A DNA stretch of 64,000 nt from Tubulanus polymorphus. Its lineage: Eukaryota; Animalia; Nemertea. The stretch is taken from positions 3,514,778 to 3,578,777 of the forward strand of contig NC_134030.1 in assembly GCF_964204645.1 (NCBI RefSeq), given 5' to 3'. A program made the translations under genes and the position numbers. The notes beneath the pieces were generated by a model. The model did not search any database. It was not told where the DNA came from and saw nothing but the letters and a program-made list of their open reading frames with translations. Shown piece after piece: positions 26,015-39,527 of the stretch. The first letter of the stretch is position 1, and every line of letters begins with the position of its first letter.

Positions 26015-26408
26015 ACCGGATTGAAGATCTATGAGATTTTGAGAATTGTTAAATTGTGCGCATTTATTTAATTGTATATTATTACCTACTGCCTGTAATA
26101 AAATTGTCTTTTTATACGATACACATGTATTTGTTTTATATCTGATCTAGTATTATGAATTTGTAGTGGAACCTCATTAAAATCACCTCACAGATAATGA
26201 TTTTAAGAACGAAGAATTTTGTCCTAAATGGAATGACTTCAATTATTTCATCCTGGATATAACAAATTATTGGTATAAATATATGGTATTGCTTGTAACT
26301 GACTGATTTTTTGGTCCCCTAAAGGTCATTGTAACGAGTATCAATTGTCAAAGGCTGTGTATCCAGGAACAGGTGATGTCTTCAGCTATCTTAAGATGCT
26401 GGAAGTCA

Positions 26409-26638
26409 TGTAGAGAGAATCCCACAATTATAACGAAAAAGTCCGAAAATGAAACTTCGAGATACTGTAGTTTATTTCAACGTTTCGACGATTTCCTAAT
26501 AGTCATCTTCAGGAATAAGGGTATAGGATATAGTCGAAACGTTGAAATAAACTACAGTATCTCGAAGTTTCATTTTCGTTATAATTGTGGGATTCTCTCT
26601 ACATCGCGTCAACACGGATATAGTGTTCTATCAATCGT
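26409..26638 (-). mobile_element. Penelope-like fold-back insertion, family A copy 2 (hammerhead on -, ~26472-26518)
   Basis: Inverted arms plus a 3' tail CGCGTCAACACGGATATAGTGTTCTATCAATCGT. TSD GATGCTGGAAGTCA at 26395-26408 and 26639-26652. Stem II carries one mismatch. Confidence 0.8.
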
Positions 26639-29066
26639 GATGCTGGAAGTCAATTTAGCGGAGGGGTTGGCACATGATTGGTACAACTGCTCATCCACCA
26701 ATGAGTTCAGACGATAATGAGCCGAGAAGTTTAGATAACTAGGAGTGAAGTGTTTGCCCTAGTCTGTAACCTATTAAAACACTGGAGAGGTAATTAATGA
26801 ACGGGATGTCATGTGAAATCAACAGTCACGTAATTCTCTAAAAAAAAACCATTAACAAGACTGCCATTTGTTAGGGTATTTACATTTTCACTTGTTTTTA
26901 TTTTTGAATATACAAACGGCTCATACATTACATAACACAGGATTCCAGTCGCCTCGTTTAACATACCCCTAAAATACGCAGTGTCCAAATGTTTCGTATG
27001 TTTTTCAGAGGAGGGGATTAAGATTGATGAAATTTTGTACAAAATTTATATGAAGGAATCTGCGAGTCGAATCATCGCCCGACCCATGAACAGAATCGCT
27101 GGTTTAATAAAATCTATCTACGGTAGAACCAAACATAAAATATGATCCAAATGTTAAAATCCGATAAATCTCTCACTCTATATTTCAACCCGAACTCGAT
27201 GAAACTTTCCAGTTCCAGAAGAAGCTGGAACAGAAAAGCTAAAGGGGTCATTCATAGATTATCCTAGAGTCCATGGGGTAATGAAGAGGTTACTTCACCC
27301 GATTAAGGTTAAAATTGCGTACTGGAACATATTGGGGAAGCAGGTTTGATCAACAACAAATCTGCGTACATACTTTAACTTATGAATGATCCCAAACTGT
27401 GACATTGAGACCAAAACATTCAACATTTTACTCAGGAATTTCCATTCAAAAACACATGCACATAAACTTTACACATAAATTTGTTCTATTTCAAAATGGC
27501 TGCAAGTCTAAGGCAGGTTTCGATTGGTCTCAAACAATTCCGCAATCATTGGTTTCAACCAGAATACGTTCTCCCCATCGGTCGCGAGAAAGTACCTGGT
27601 AAGTAATCTGGAATAGCTCATCGTCTGAAACCGGAATTACTACGTTCAATCAAAACCTGCCTAAAAATACTTATACACAATGAGTTGACAGCAAATAAAC
27701 GATGACATTACATAGTATACAATCAGTTAGACATATATAGACAATAAACAAATCATTCAAACAATCAATAGCAAATTAACAGAACACCCTTTCATAACCA
27801 TCCCCCCCCCGCGTCAGCCCCAGCTATTCACATACTCAATTTGATCGATTGTCATTTTGTACAAGAAAAGTATATTTAAATAAATGCAGTATTTGAGACA
27901 AACTGATTTTTTTTTTCATTTGGCTCCAAAAATACACTGATCTTAAACGATAAGCGCACAAAAGAGTGGCGTCAATGGTCTAAAGGTTTGTAATCAAAAT
28001 ACAATAATAATGAAACATCAACTTACTGTAACAGTGTTCTTCTCTGCAAAGGCTTTTGATTAAAGGGGTGCGGGCACCTGTTATTTTCACATCTATCCCT
28101 CTGATAATCAACCTTCATGTCAAAGATTCTGCCCAAACCGTTCATTACGAGTTGATAAAATTGGTTTGATAAGTAATGAATTAATCCGAAAGATTGCACC
28201 TAGATTAAGCTATGTTTTTGAGGCAACTCACACTCCTTACATTACCAATAGCATTGCAACTGTGTCATCGGTAGGTAAAACTTAAAATGAATGTTATACA
28301 GCCGCTCTAAAAACCCAGCGTACACTGGTACAATTCAATCGAAGTTAATCATGGCAATAAAACTTTAAATATCCTGATAGCGAGAAAGCGGTTTAATCAT
28401 AAAAGTTTATAGGCTAAAATAACTCGCAACATTTACAAGAACGCCGACATAGACAATACTGTACATGACTTCAATCGGAGTACTTACAACATAAATCATG
28501 AATTATTACTTATTGATAGCTGTAGGTAGTTTGTAGTAGGAGTTTGTTGCAAGTCCCGGGAAATATTGCTTATTTACAGTGATTCTACAACTTTGTGGAC
28601 TGGTTGTACAGTTCGTAAGACAAAAACTCGATCGACAAATGCAGAAATGGGAACAAATACCACGAAAAATGCGTAAATCCAGATATTTCATGCAAATTTG
28701 CAAAATAATACAGAATCAACTGAATAAGGGGGCCATGCATAAGGTAAGTACGTGTAATTGGGCATAACTGCCAGTACTGAAAGGGTTAACAGATGCTTCA
28801 TCTAGCAAACATTAAAAATGGAGTGTTCCTTTATAGAAGAAACATCTCTTATTGCCAATGAGCAAAACCCACACTTGATGATTTAACAATCTAAACTTCA
28901 TCATCAGAGAAATAAAAATAACAAATGATGATGAAGTTTAGTCAAAACTTAAACTGTCAGAATGAATTATTGTGGGTTTTGCTCATTAACTGTGAATACC
29001 GAGATAATCATCAGTCTCTATCGGTTATCTCTTATTGCCACTTATTTGTTTATGAATCATTCTCAA

Positions 29067-32000
29067 TCAACACCTGCGATAGAACAGAACGTACGGAGTA
29101 CAATTACTAGCAGACGATAACAACTCTTTGAACTGTTGCTGCGTGTACGCGTGCACCATAGTGTCATCGCATTCGAGCCATTTATCGACGAGACTCGAAT
29201 TCATCAACATCAGTTTCGTTTCGCCGTTGTGATCGGTCATCAATTGTTCGGTGGCGACGTCGTTACCGTCGCCCTGACCGTGCTCGGCGGGCGGGTTATC
29301 GAACGCGGTCCGATCGGCGGGCATCTTCACGTACGCCGTGTAGTGACCGGCGGATAGAGTTACGCCACAATGCATTATCATTCCATACAGTTCATACCTG
29401 CAAGTAGAAATAACAGGGAAATGCTTAAAACACTCAGTATAATGATTACTGGTAGTACTAAAATCTATCTACAATAGAACCATGTTATAATCGATAATCA
29501 ACATAAAAAGTGATCCAAATGTTAAAATCTGATTAATCTCACTGTACATTTACATATCTCTCACCCCAAACTATCAATGAAACCTTTTCCAAGCACATTT
29601 TAATAATTACCATGATAATAATAATTAAGTCCGTAAATTTTTATAGATTTGTTACAGCCACATGCTCTCTCCTCGTGACTACGCCTCTAATGGTGGTCAA
29701 ACTCAATAAGCTATTCCCATGACGATCCGTCAAAGTTCTTAAATCCACCAATTATTATTTAATGTCTCTCCAACACTTGCTCAAAATCACGTTACATGCA
29801 TAACATAAATCGCGCCTTCTTCATCTTTAGATATGTTCACCAGTGCACGAAATATTGGCACAGATCAGGACTGAGTCAAATTTGGCCCATGCCTAATTAG
29901 AGAGCGTTCACATGCTAAACACTCACTCGTTACTTAACAATGCTCAAAAAAAGCGCAAAGTGATCAGGGCTAATAGCTAACATTTTCATCATTCTAACAA
30001 AGGGGAAAATGCCTCGCTATGTTAATGTTTATACAAAGACAATATTTGAAAACTTGTAACATCTAAATACAGTACTGCTGATACATCTAATTAGAGTACT
30101 AATCTAGTACTGCTGATACCGGAACTTCTAAATACCGGTAATAGGATAGGATTGACTCACCAGTGTTGATTACAAGGCTGCACGCATTTAGCGCTGAAGC
30201 ATGAAAAGTCGAACGGAATTATCACTTGGTCGTTGATTTTGGAAAGACCGCCGAAAAGACTGCAAAAAAGTATATAAAGTATTATACAATGCCTCGCCGA
30301 ATATCGTTATCAAGAAGAGGAAGACATTCGCAATGTGTCACGAATAAAGACATAATACATCATCAGTTTAGTTTCACCGTTGTGATCAGTCATGTTGACG
30401 TCTACAGCAAATTTCAAAACTTGTTCATGTTTTCAAAAATTTCGATCGTTTCATATTGGGTGGGTTTGATTCTCATGGTTTTAAGAGTACGCTTTCAGAT
30501 ATTTCAATCATATAAGACGAGAAGATACACAATATCCGTGTATGATGAAAACGAGAGAAATCCCACAATAACGAAGCCAAGATTGAAAAATTCTATATCA
30601 GAATGATTATATTCGAGGAGCAACGTTTCGGCTAATAACTGTTAGCCATCATCAGGCATACCTCATCAACGTTGCTCCTCAAATATAGTCATTCTGATAT
30701 AGATTTTTTCAATCTTGGCTTCGTTATTGTGGGATTTCTCTCGAATCCAATCATGTAGTATTAAATTAGTTATTCGGGTTTTTCTTTCTTACCCTGAAGT
30801 CGCTTTGAAACGTTTCAAGTGGAAAGTCAACACGTCCGGCATCGTCATGTAATGCAGCGAGCGTTCGGCTTCGCAAAGATGTTGACAGGTATCACAGTAA
30901 TAACGATTGTCATCTCGTAACCTCTCCACTTCCGACATAGCGTTCAACATCCACGAGGTCGGCTTTTTATCCGTATCAATATCTGTATCGTATAAAACAT
31001 CTACAATTCATTATAGACCGTTCCATAGCAATAACTACAGACTTATCATTGTTCATTACATGGTTGTTACAAATCGGGCAATCAGATATTGCTTGATGTT
31101 TCCCTAACCCTCGACCAAAAATGTCCCTGATTAAGATATCCTCAGTGGGGGTTGTTTCTTCTCAAGATTATTAAACTTATATCAAGATTATCACTTATTA
31201 AATTCTAGTGCTTCTCATCACCGGCAAGGACAAGACTCCAAATAATTCTAATTCCTCTACTTTTCCTTGTTTCTCAAGAAGAGTCAGAATTCCCTGATTT
31301 TCTCTGCAGGGAAAAATTATACCAAAATTCCCTGATTTATCATCCAGAAAAATTACTAGTGGTCCAAGGAACATACACTGCAGAAACCTACGACCTTAAA
31401 ACTAACCACAATCAAAGCTATTAAACACCTCCTGGAGTAGGCTAAAAATGGGAATCCCCTGATTTTACCAGAACCCGATCAAATACTCACCAAATTCGGA
31501 ATCATCCTCCTCGTTTTCCTTGTCATCTTCGTCTCCATCGTTTCGTATTCTGACGGGAATTCCGATATCCTGAAAGTTCTCGTTACGCGACGTACAACTT
31601 TCACATTCGAGGCACTTCGTTTTCAGAGTCATCTCTCCCTGGAAGATCTCCTCGACGACGTGAACGCGTTTCTCGTCGTATTCGCTCTGCAGCGTCGTCT
31701 GCTTGTGCAGCGTCGCCGAGATTTCCGGATATTTCCGAGCGACGTCGGAATCCTCGAGTTTACGCAGGCAGACGACGGGCGTTCGAGCGCCGTTCATCGC
31801 GTCGTGTTTCAAACGTTCAGCAGTTGATTCGCTATGATTAACGTCGTCCACGGTTACGACCCCTCGTCGCTGTTCCGAGTCGTTGAACAGAATCTTTCGC
31901 GCCGATGAATTCGGTTTCGTAAAACTGTGATTTAATTTCGCTTGTCGTAACGGCGTTTTACGAATAGTTTTTGACGCCGAAGCCGTCAGTCGTTTATTCG

Positions 32001-35000
32001 TCGTCTCGACCGTCGATTCTAACGCGTTCGTATCACTGGCGGTGGCGCCACCGCAGTTATTCATCAATCCAATGCACTCTTTATTGCCACCGCGTACTTT
32101 AATCGATTTATCTGCGCTGTGATCGACGGTGGATGGTTTCGTGACCCTCGCGCCGCGTACACCTAAACGCTTACAGGGCGTCGTCGCTTCCGCCGTGAAA
32201 TACGACTTGATTCCCTGCGTCTGCGCCGATGAAGTTTCCGGCGACGATTTTCGTTTCGATTTCGCTGAGTTGTTGCCGATTTTGTCGTCGGTATTAATGG
32301 CGGCGGCGGGGTCGCCGGATGAGACCGTGCGTCGTCTACGCCGTCGCTTGTCGGCCCGTCCATCGTCCAGCTCCGCGCTACCGTCGTTAGATCGTTTACG
32401 AGGATTACGCGACGATACGGCGCCGGTTGAACCACCGCCGCGTGAACTACGACGTAACGTTTTCGCGACCGGAATCAGAATCGACGGCGCCGATCGAGTT
32501 TTACTCGAGTTCTTCACGAGTTCATCGTCCGAATAAACCGCACTGATCGGAGTAACCGAACGTCGCGGTCTTAACGACTTCATCGTATTCGCTCCGTCGT
32601 CATCTGTTTCCGCATCCGAACCCGCGTTTTTAGTCATACTGACAGAACTTTTCGACGGTCTATAAGCGTGGATTGATCTACGCGGACTCACGCAGCCCTC
32701 GGTTCTGTTCGACATGATTCGCTCCCAGACATCGTCCTCCGGTGTCGATCGCCTCGACTGGCGTTTACTGTACGTTTGAGAGCACGGTCGCACCGGTCTG
32801 ACCGGTGACTCGCGACACATCGGTCGATCAGCCTCGCACGCCTCGGCGGCCTGCGGAATCATCGGCTCACTGTCGAATCCATCCACCCGGTCCACCGGCG
32901 CGGTCGCGTGGATCGAAATCGGTTTCTTCAAATCGGTTGAGACGTAACAATCATTTTTAATCGTCGCCGGTTGCAACTGATCGAAATATCGCGTATTTGG
33001 TGCGTGCTTCTTACTCAATAAACTATCATCATCGTCATCATCATCGACTTCGATATCTTCCTCCTTCATATCATCAAAATTTTCCTCCTTTTTCGCTTCA
33101 TCCTTCACCCGGATCACCGGAGTGCTATCGCTTTCTATTTTCGGGGACCATTTTTTCTCCTGGTCCTCTTTAACTTCTTCTTTGACTCCGAGCTCTTCGA
33201 TTTTTTCGTCGATCTGTACGGAATATTTGTTCGGAGAGGTTGGCAGACGTCTGCCTTGCATCGTCGGAGACAGTTTACACGGACTGACGTCACTGGCGCC
33301 GCGAGAAGGTGATGAGGTGTCCTCCTGTTTAACGACGGCGTGGTGCAACTCGACCGGAATGTTCTGATTGATTTGCAGGTCTTCTAATCCGGGCATTTGA
33401 CGCTTTTCGGCGACAAGATTTTTCGCGGAATCTTCAACATAACACAGAACACAACGAAGCAATTCTTGAGCATCGTGCTGTAAATTACCTTCAAACATTG
33501 GATTCAATAATCTGAAAACAAACACGAAACACTTATTTGAAATCTACTGTTTCACATACATTTAGAAACAAAAACATCCAAACCCACTTCAATCAAAGAA
33601 TCTACAATCAGGTTCCACCTATAGTCCGATATCAGACAAGCCACTGAAAGTTTCACACAATATTTTGATGGCGAAACTTTGAAAATTCCACCGCAGTGCG
33701 ATGTATAACGGACCATACCGCTTTATTACATCTACACCACAGTGCAGTGTATAATGAAAATACCCTGTTCCGCGATTTATCGCAAGTTACCAGTACTAAT
33801 CATTAGCAATGTTTGACAGATGTCATCTTTCAGTAGAGATTATAATCATCGGTAAGTCACATGGATACACCGCACCACAGGGTACACGCGTAAACCTACT
33901 GAAAAGCGAATAAATTCACCTGATACAATCTAGTACTTCATAAGGTCTAACGGCGAGAGAATCCAAATCAGCGCCCGGTTGGTAAGACTTCTCGACACTT
34001 TTCATATCCGAAAACAGCTAAAAATAACAATAAACACCTTTGAATGATGAACAACTAAAACTTTCCTGACTAAATTCAAAACGTAAATCTAAACGATGAC
34101 ACAGACCTTCCCCAATCCAGTAACCAGTTTCCATTCTGTTGACATTTTTTCGTCGTTACCCTTCAGAATAAAATAAATCAACCTTCAAATATCGACATAG
34201 GACGTACTAACCCGAATAAGTATTGTACAGCTAGCTAGAAGCGTTGATACATACCTGTTGTTTTCTTGCTTCATTGAAGAACTGCAACTCTTTAGATAAG
34301 TAGTGAATTCCTCTTACAAAACGCGGAGTATAGCGAAGAATCTGAATGACACTGTTCAGAAAACATGTGTTACCTGAAACAATACATCATTATTAGTAGA
34401 ATAATCCATTTCCATAATAAACCTTCATCAAGAAGTCAGAATAGAGTTATTCAACATTTCAACTATATACTTATTATAAGTGCTAGTGTAGTCCTAAACT
34501 ACTAGCTCAATGAAACATTCTGGGGGCAGTTGCTCAAAAGTTGGTTAAAGATAACCGGCCGTTAAATACCATAGTAACAATGAAATTTCAATTGTCACCA
34601 TATCAACTATCCACTGGTTAACTCTAACCAACTTTTGAGCAACCGGACTCTATTTCTTCATTGTTAGTGTGAGATTTTATATCATTGTTACAACACGGAC
34701 TCAAGACAATGTTTCAACAATGGTTACCCAGTTCTACCTGATTAAAACATTTGATTCTAGGGTCCAAACATTGAGAAAGAATTAATATCAATCTGGACAG
34801 TAAACCTCTGATCGATACTTACCCATATTGACGAGAGAAGCAACCGCCGCCAATTTAGGCTTATCAACTTCCGATTCTTGATAGGCATCAGCACACGCAT
34901 CACTTCAATAAATATAGAAAGTCAAAATCAGTCGGACTGAATTCAAACAAGTATTTCGTCCGAAATTGGACACTTCTCGTTAATGATGAGCACTGAAATA

Positions 35001-35521
35001 ATTTGCTAGGGTTCAAAGTCGTACGGCTGACGCAAAAGTAAACATTTTCATAGTAAAATAAGCACTTTGGTAAGGCATAAGTAACACTTTATTATCTAAC
35101 CCTTTCAGTGCATCTACACTGCAGTGCGGTGACGTGACATTACTAGTACACCGCATTGACGTGTACTGATGTTATTGAATTAATACTGAAGTGGCGTGAA
35201 AAAATGCCATTGTATTTTCAAAAGATCACGGGAAAACTGCGACGGGAGCACCGCGTGCTCCTTGTGTCCCGTTTTGATCCGCCCCTGCACAGGAATTAGA
35301 ACTTACAACTTTTCAGAGCAATCTCCGTTTATCGGTTGTTCTTCCTCGTTTTCTTTCTTCGCCGTCTCCTCGGTGATTTCTGTCTTCACGGTATCCGTTG
35401 TTTCTTTTTTCGGTTTGATATTTTTTTTATTTGCCGCCGATGATTTAAGAGACAGCCTCGATCGTTTGACAACAGGCGGATCATCGACCTCTGACGTAGC
35501 TTCTTTATTGTTAACCGTCAT
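29067..35521 (-). CDS. USP1: Ubiquitin carboxyl-terminal hydrolase 1, ~1068 aa, 9 coding exons
   Basis: Exons 35521-35307, 34902-34823, 34373-34255, 34160-34107, 34017-33920, 33511-31491, 30982-30793, 30259-30161 and 29397-29067, phase-consistent. Motifs: N-terminal KRSRLSLK (human KKNRLSLK), Cys box LVNMGNTCFLNSVIQ, LNPMFEGNLQHDAQELL, FQGEMTLKTKCLECE, YYCDTC, HLKRF, GGLSKIN, His box HCG.TLSAGHYTAYVK, W..CDD, TPYVLFY. Confidence 0.93.
30515..30743 (-). mobile_element. Penelope-like fold-back insertion, family B (hammerhead on -, ~30615-30664)
   Basis: Minus strand: GAGGTATGC-CTGATGA-T-GGCTAA(cagtta)TTAGCC-GAAAC-GTT-GCTCCTC. Inverted arms end at GTGGGATTTCTCTCG; ~37-nt tail; degenerate TSD CAATCAT(A/G)TA. 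Lies in USP1 intron 7. Confidence 0.8.
34522..34648. mobile_element. MITE, TIR GGGGCAGTTGCTCAAAAGTTGGTTA / TAACCAACTTTTGAGCAACCGG
   Basis: TIRs are visible; same family as 14003-14280. Confidence 0.75.
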
Positions 35522-38046
35522 TATTTTATCGTCTGTCAAATTTTGTCAATCCACATTTATTCACAGCGTCACTGACTCAACTAAAAAATAAATATACAAA
35601 TGAAGTCATGAATTGCAGAAAATATGCGTAAAGTTATGTTGGACATTCTTTTCAAATAATCCACGCACCCGTCGCACCTCACCCAATGGTCCAAACCAAT
35701 TCAATTCAATACAGTTTTATTGCTACCGAGTAATAACGTAGGATAGAAATGGCAATAAATACAAACGTGAACAAATCAGAGACAAATTGATTAAACATAG
35801 AGACAAATACAAATATTCACTTAAGTCAAAGCATGCATTAAAAACAGAACAAATACTGGAGAATCGCGTGATACTGAGGGTTATCAAAAGGTCAATAATG
35901 AAACCAAAAATAATTTTAGCAATTTTTATGTCCATATTGACATTCAAATTTGACACCTCTTTTTTAGGGGGTGGGGGGGGGGTGGGGCATCAAGATTTTG
36001 ATTAAAAAAAAGAGGAACAATCGTGAATCACTCTAACATGAGAAATTTTATGAAATAAGTGAGGGCAGTCGTCCTCAGCTTCAAACCAGTCCACTCCACA
36101 CAGACAGCGGAAGGCTATTCTACACAGTACTGTACAGCCAGCCCATTGAGCCAGCTTCCAAAAATTCCAGATAGATAGAGACACACTTTGACTTTTGACA
36201 CACACTATACACTTATTACACTACAACAGTACTACAGCCTATACAGGACAGGAGGCAGGCATCATCAAGCGCAGGGGGACAGTGTCCATTCCCCACACCA
36301 TCGTTCGGCCTCGTAATCTAAACTACACTTACCCTCGCAGTCTTTAGAAAACAAGACAGCTTTTACAGTTCAATTCTTTTTCGCTGTGACGATGATTATT
36401 TGATGATTTTCTATTTGCCCGGTGCAACAGGAAATGAAAATATCAAATACGGACGCGTTTAAATGACGGACGGCTCCAACAATTTCCGACCCGACTCACA
36501 CGGGTGAACTCTCCACTTCCCTGTTGCCAACTAGACTCAGCCACGGCACGCTCCGGTTATTTCCACAACCCGTCGGTAAACCCTCGCTTCCCTGTGCCTC
36601 TTTGCGGCGCGGGTTTCGAATTGGGTTTCGTTTCGTTTTTTACTACGACATAAATACTTTCCCATCCATTATGTGTTATCTACGCGTGTTCCTAGTTACT
36701 CAGTGCTGCCTGTCACTCCCCCGACAACTCATGAAATGCCTGATCGGCTAGAACACGCCTGGCGTCATTCTTATGGTCGGTGTAGCCTCATCTAGGCCGA
36801 TTTCGGAGACCAGGGGGGCCGACCAGATGCCAGTTTCTGAAAAAATATTCTGTGAAATAACCCCCCATCAAAATTGAATTTCTTTTTATATCGATCCATC
36901 TACGGCCTTGCATTACTCTTCTACGGCTGCCGGGCAGCATTATTGATGATTCGCATGCGCGAGATTATAACCACCGAGTAGATTCGTTCACAACACTGTC
37001 TACCATGATAGTCGCCGGGTCCAATAACTTTCCCATGGCGACTATGGTTACCGAGTTAGGGATGGCAATTAGCGATAAAACGACTTTTGTCTGGTGGTGA
37101 ATAGAGAGAAAAACTATAAGGCGGGATTATCGGTGCACGAATCGAGACGAAAAAAAAATTCATCGATGAAAATCAACCTAGTATTTTCTTCATTCAGACG
37201 AAGCCGTGTTTAATCAACCAAATTGAATATTTGAATTAGACGTCGGGTCTATTTCTGCACGGCGATATTCTGCTTCGAAATTTCACCTTCGTTTCTTTTT
37301 TTGATAGGGATTAGAGTCCCTATAATGTGCGGCTTGGTTACTTATTTGGTGTCCCCCACACCTGCTCGAAACGACGCCGTAGGGGGTTTGATTTTGAAAT
37401 CGAAAATTACGGTACAGCTATACGGTAATCGCGTGGTCGGTCGAATTTGCAGAAAGTTGTTTTTGTTAAATCGAAGTACATATTCGGACAAATCAGTTCC
37501 GTTCTTTTTTAACGATCTGCTTTCCAGCCTGAACCGGCAAGCGAACTGAGTGGAATTTATTCTTGTTGGCTGCTTAATTTCATACATCGAGATAGACGAT
37601 GTTTTGAGGTCATAATATATCATCATTTCGGTAAATGTACAAATTATCGATATATATATTTCGAGTCGCTAAATTCGATGTCGTTAAACCATCTCAGCGA
37701 AGATTGTGTACTGGAAATAGCAAAACCATTCGTCGTAAAATAAAGATATTGTTCTTGATGTCTGGCTTTTGGATTGATCTATGTTTAACAGACGAGAGAC
37801 GGCTTAATAAACGCCTGTCTCGGTTTATTATTAATCAAATTATCGGACAAGGTATACACCAGGCAGACGGTAACTGTCGCAGATGATGACGTCCCACTAC
37901 CACAAACCAAATGCTTGTATTACGCTCAATAAATATTTACTATCGTTGAACCCCCGTTGCCCCTGTCCCAATGATGAATTTCAGCAAATATAAAAACGGT
38001 CAATAAATACTACGGGTATATATATACATAATGTTACGATCAAGTA

Positions 38047-38163
38047 TACAAGATGGGCGACCGGATGATATTGAGATTAGGTGTTGATGTTCTAGTTGGT
38101 TTACCACGGTATATATATTAACACCTAATCTCAATACACTATCCGACCGCCACCCGTCTTGTA
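38047..38163. mobile_element. Short fold-back/MITE
   Basis: TACAAGATGGG...GATGATATTGAGATTAGGTGTT pairs with AACACCTAATCTCAATA...CCCGTCTTGTA. Confidence 0.65.
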
Positions 38164-39377
38164 AACATAATCGTAGCATTACCGGTTGGGAAGTACATTT
38201 ACAATATGTGTGTTACTTATTCATAACCGCACTTATCATTAATTTCAAATATAGAATTTTCCAGTTTCAGCCTTTATATTCAATTGAAATTGGGCTGAAA
38301 TACCGTCTCATCTCGTTTATAGGAGCCCTACCTCCTTCTCGATATAAAGCTTGATTAGATTTTTACAGCGCTTGAAAATTCGATCAATTCGTATTCGACT
38401 TTGTCTGATTCCAGGAATCGGGGACTTATTTAATTTAACAGTTGCATTAGCATTGTTTACGACTTTCAAACCACCGCAGGACTTTTTCAATACGGTTACA
38501 CTATACATCTGAAACGAAGTTTACCCCCGACCTTCGAACGACGGTGGTGTAGTATAAAGTCGATAAATCACTTTTTCGATTCGAAATATTTCAAGTCGTT
38601 AATCATCATACCGTTAAATTCCATCGCGGTAGTATAACTGAATGGGAGCCTGGGATCCAGAAACGTTTTTGCTGAAGTCGTGGCTGAAGACTAGCGCGAG
38701 CGCAACAATAACATTAGTTGCCTAAGCGACATCAGAGATGTGGACTATACGACGCAAATGGTTAAAAGAGACGACGAGGATGTACTGATAGTTTGCCATT
38801 CGTGGGTCTTTCATTGTCTTGAGTACGCGAACTTGATAGAGTTATCGACGCGCGTAAAACAAAGGCGATGATCCATATTTAAACAAACCGACAAACGACC
38901 GCAATCTGTAATCGTACAGTTCGATCGAATTCGCGCAATAACGACAGACAGGGTTTCACGAAGGTGAAGATAGTGTCGGTCTAACGATACGACTCGGTCT
39001 AACGATACGACACGGACACGATGCAACAAATGGGACATCATTGTTCGCAAGGGCGATGGATATGTGTATATTTGATGACGAATTACTACGAAAGGAATTT
39101 CTCGCAATGACCAACTGGATACGTTATTAAAAAGATCAGGTAGGTTGAAAAATATATTTAGATTATTTTATTTCCTCCATATAATATGAAATAATTTATC
39201 ATCTTTTTCCGGGTTTTTCCTTTTTTTCTAATTTTCATTTTGCGCGCGATGTTCTGTTACTAGAAGTAAGTGATATCGTGAATTAACGTGAATTAAACCT
39301 ATTTTAAACCCGGATTCATCACATTGAAAGCGATAAGGGTTCGTCCTTTATGTAGAAGAGGCGCTGGTCACATTCAC

Positions 39378-39527
39378 CATTAGTAAGACGCTATATCCAT
39401 GTTGAAACGATAATATGAAGAGAATCCTGCTATGACAACGAAAGAAAATAAACGTCGAATAAACTACTAGCTGAAGGAAACATTTTCGGACTTCATTTTT
39501 TTCCGTTATTATCGTGGGATTCTCTTT
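39378..39527. mobile_element. Decayed family-A Penelope-like fold-back copy, ribozyme core lost
   Basis: Retains CTATATCCATGTTGA...GAGAATCC, AATAAACTACTA, CATTTTCGGACTT and TTATCGTGGGATTCTCT. Confidence 0.6.
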
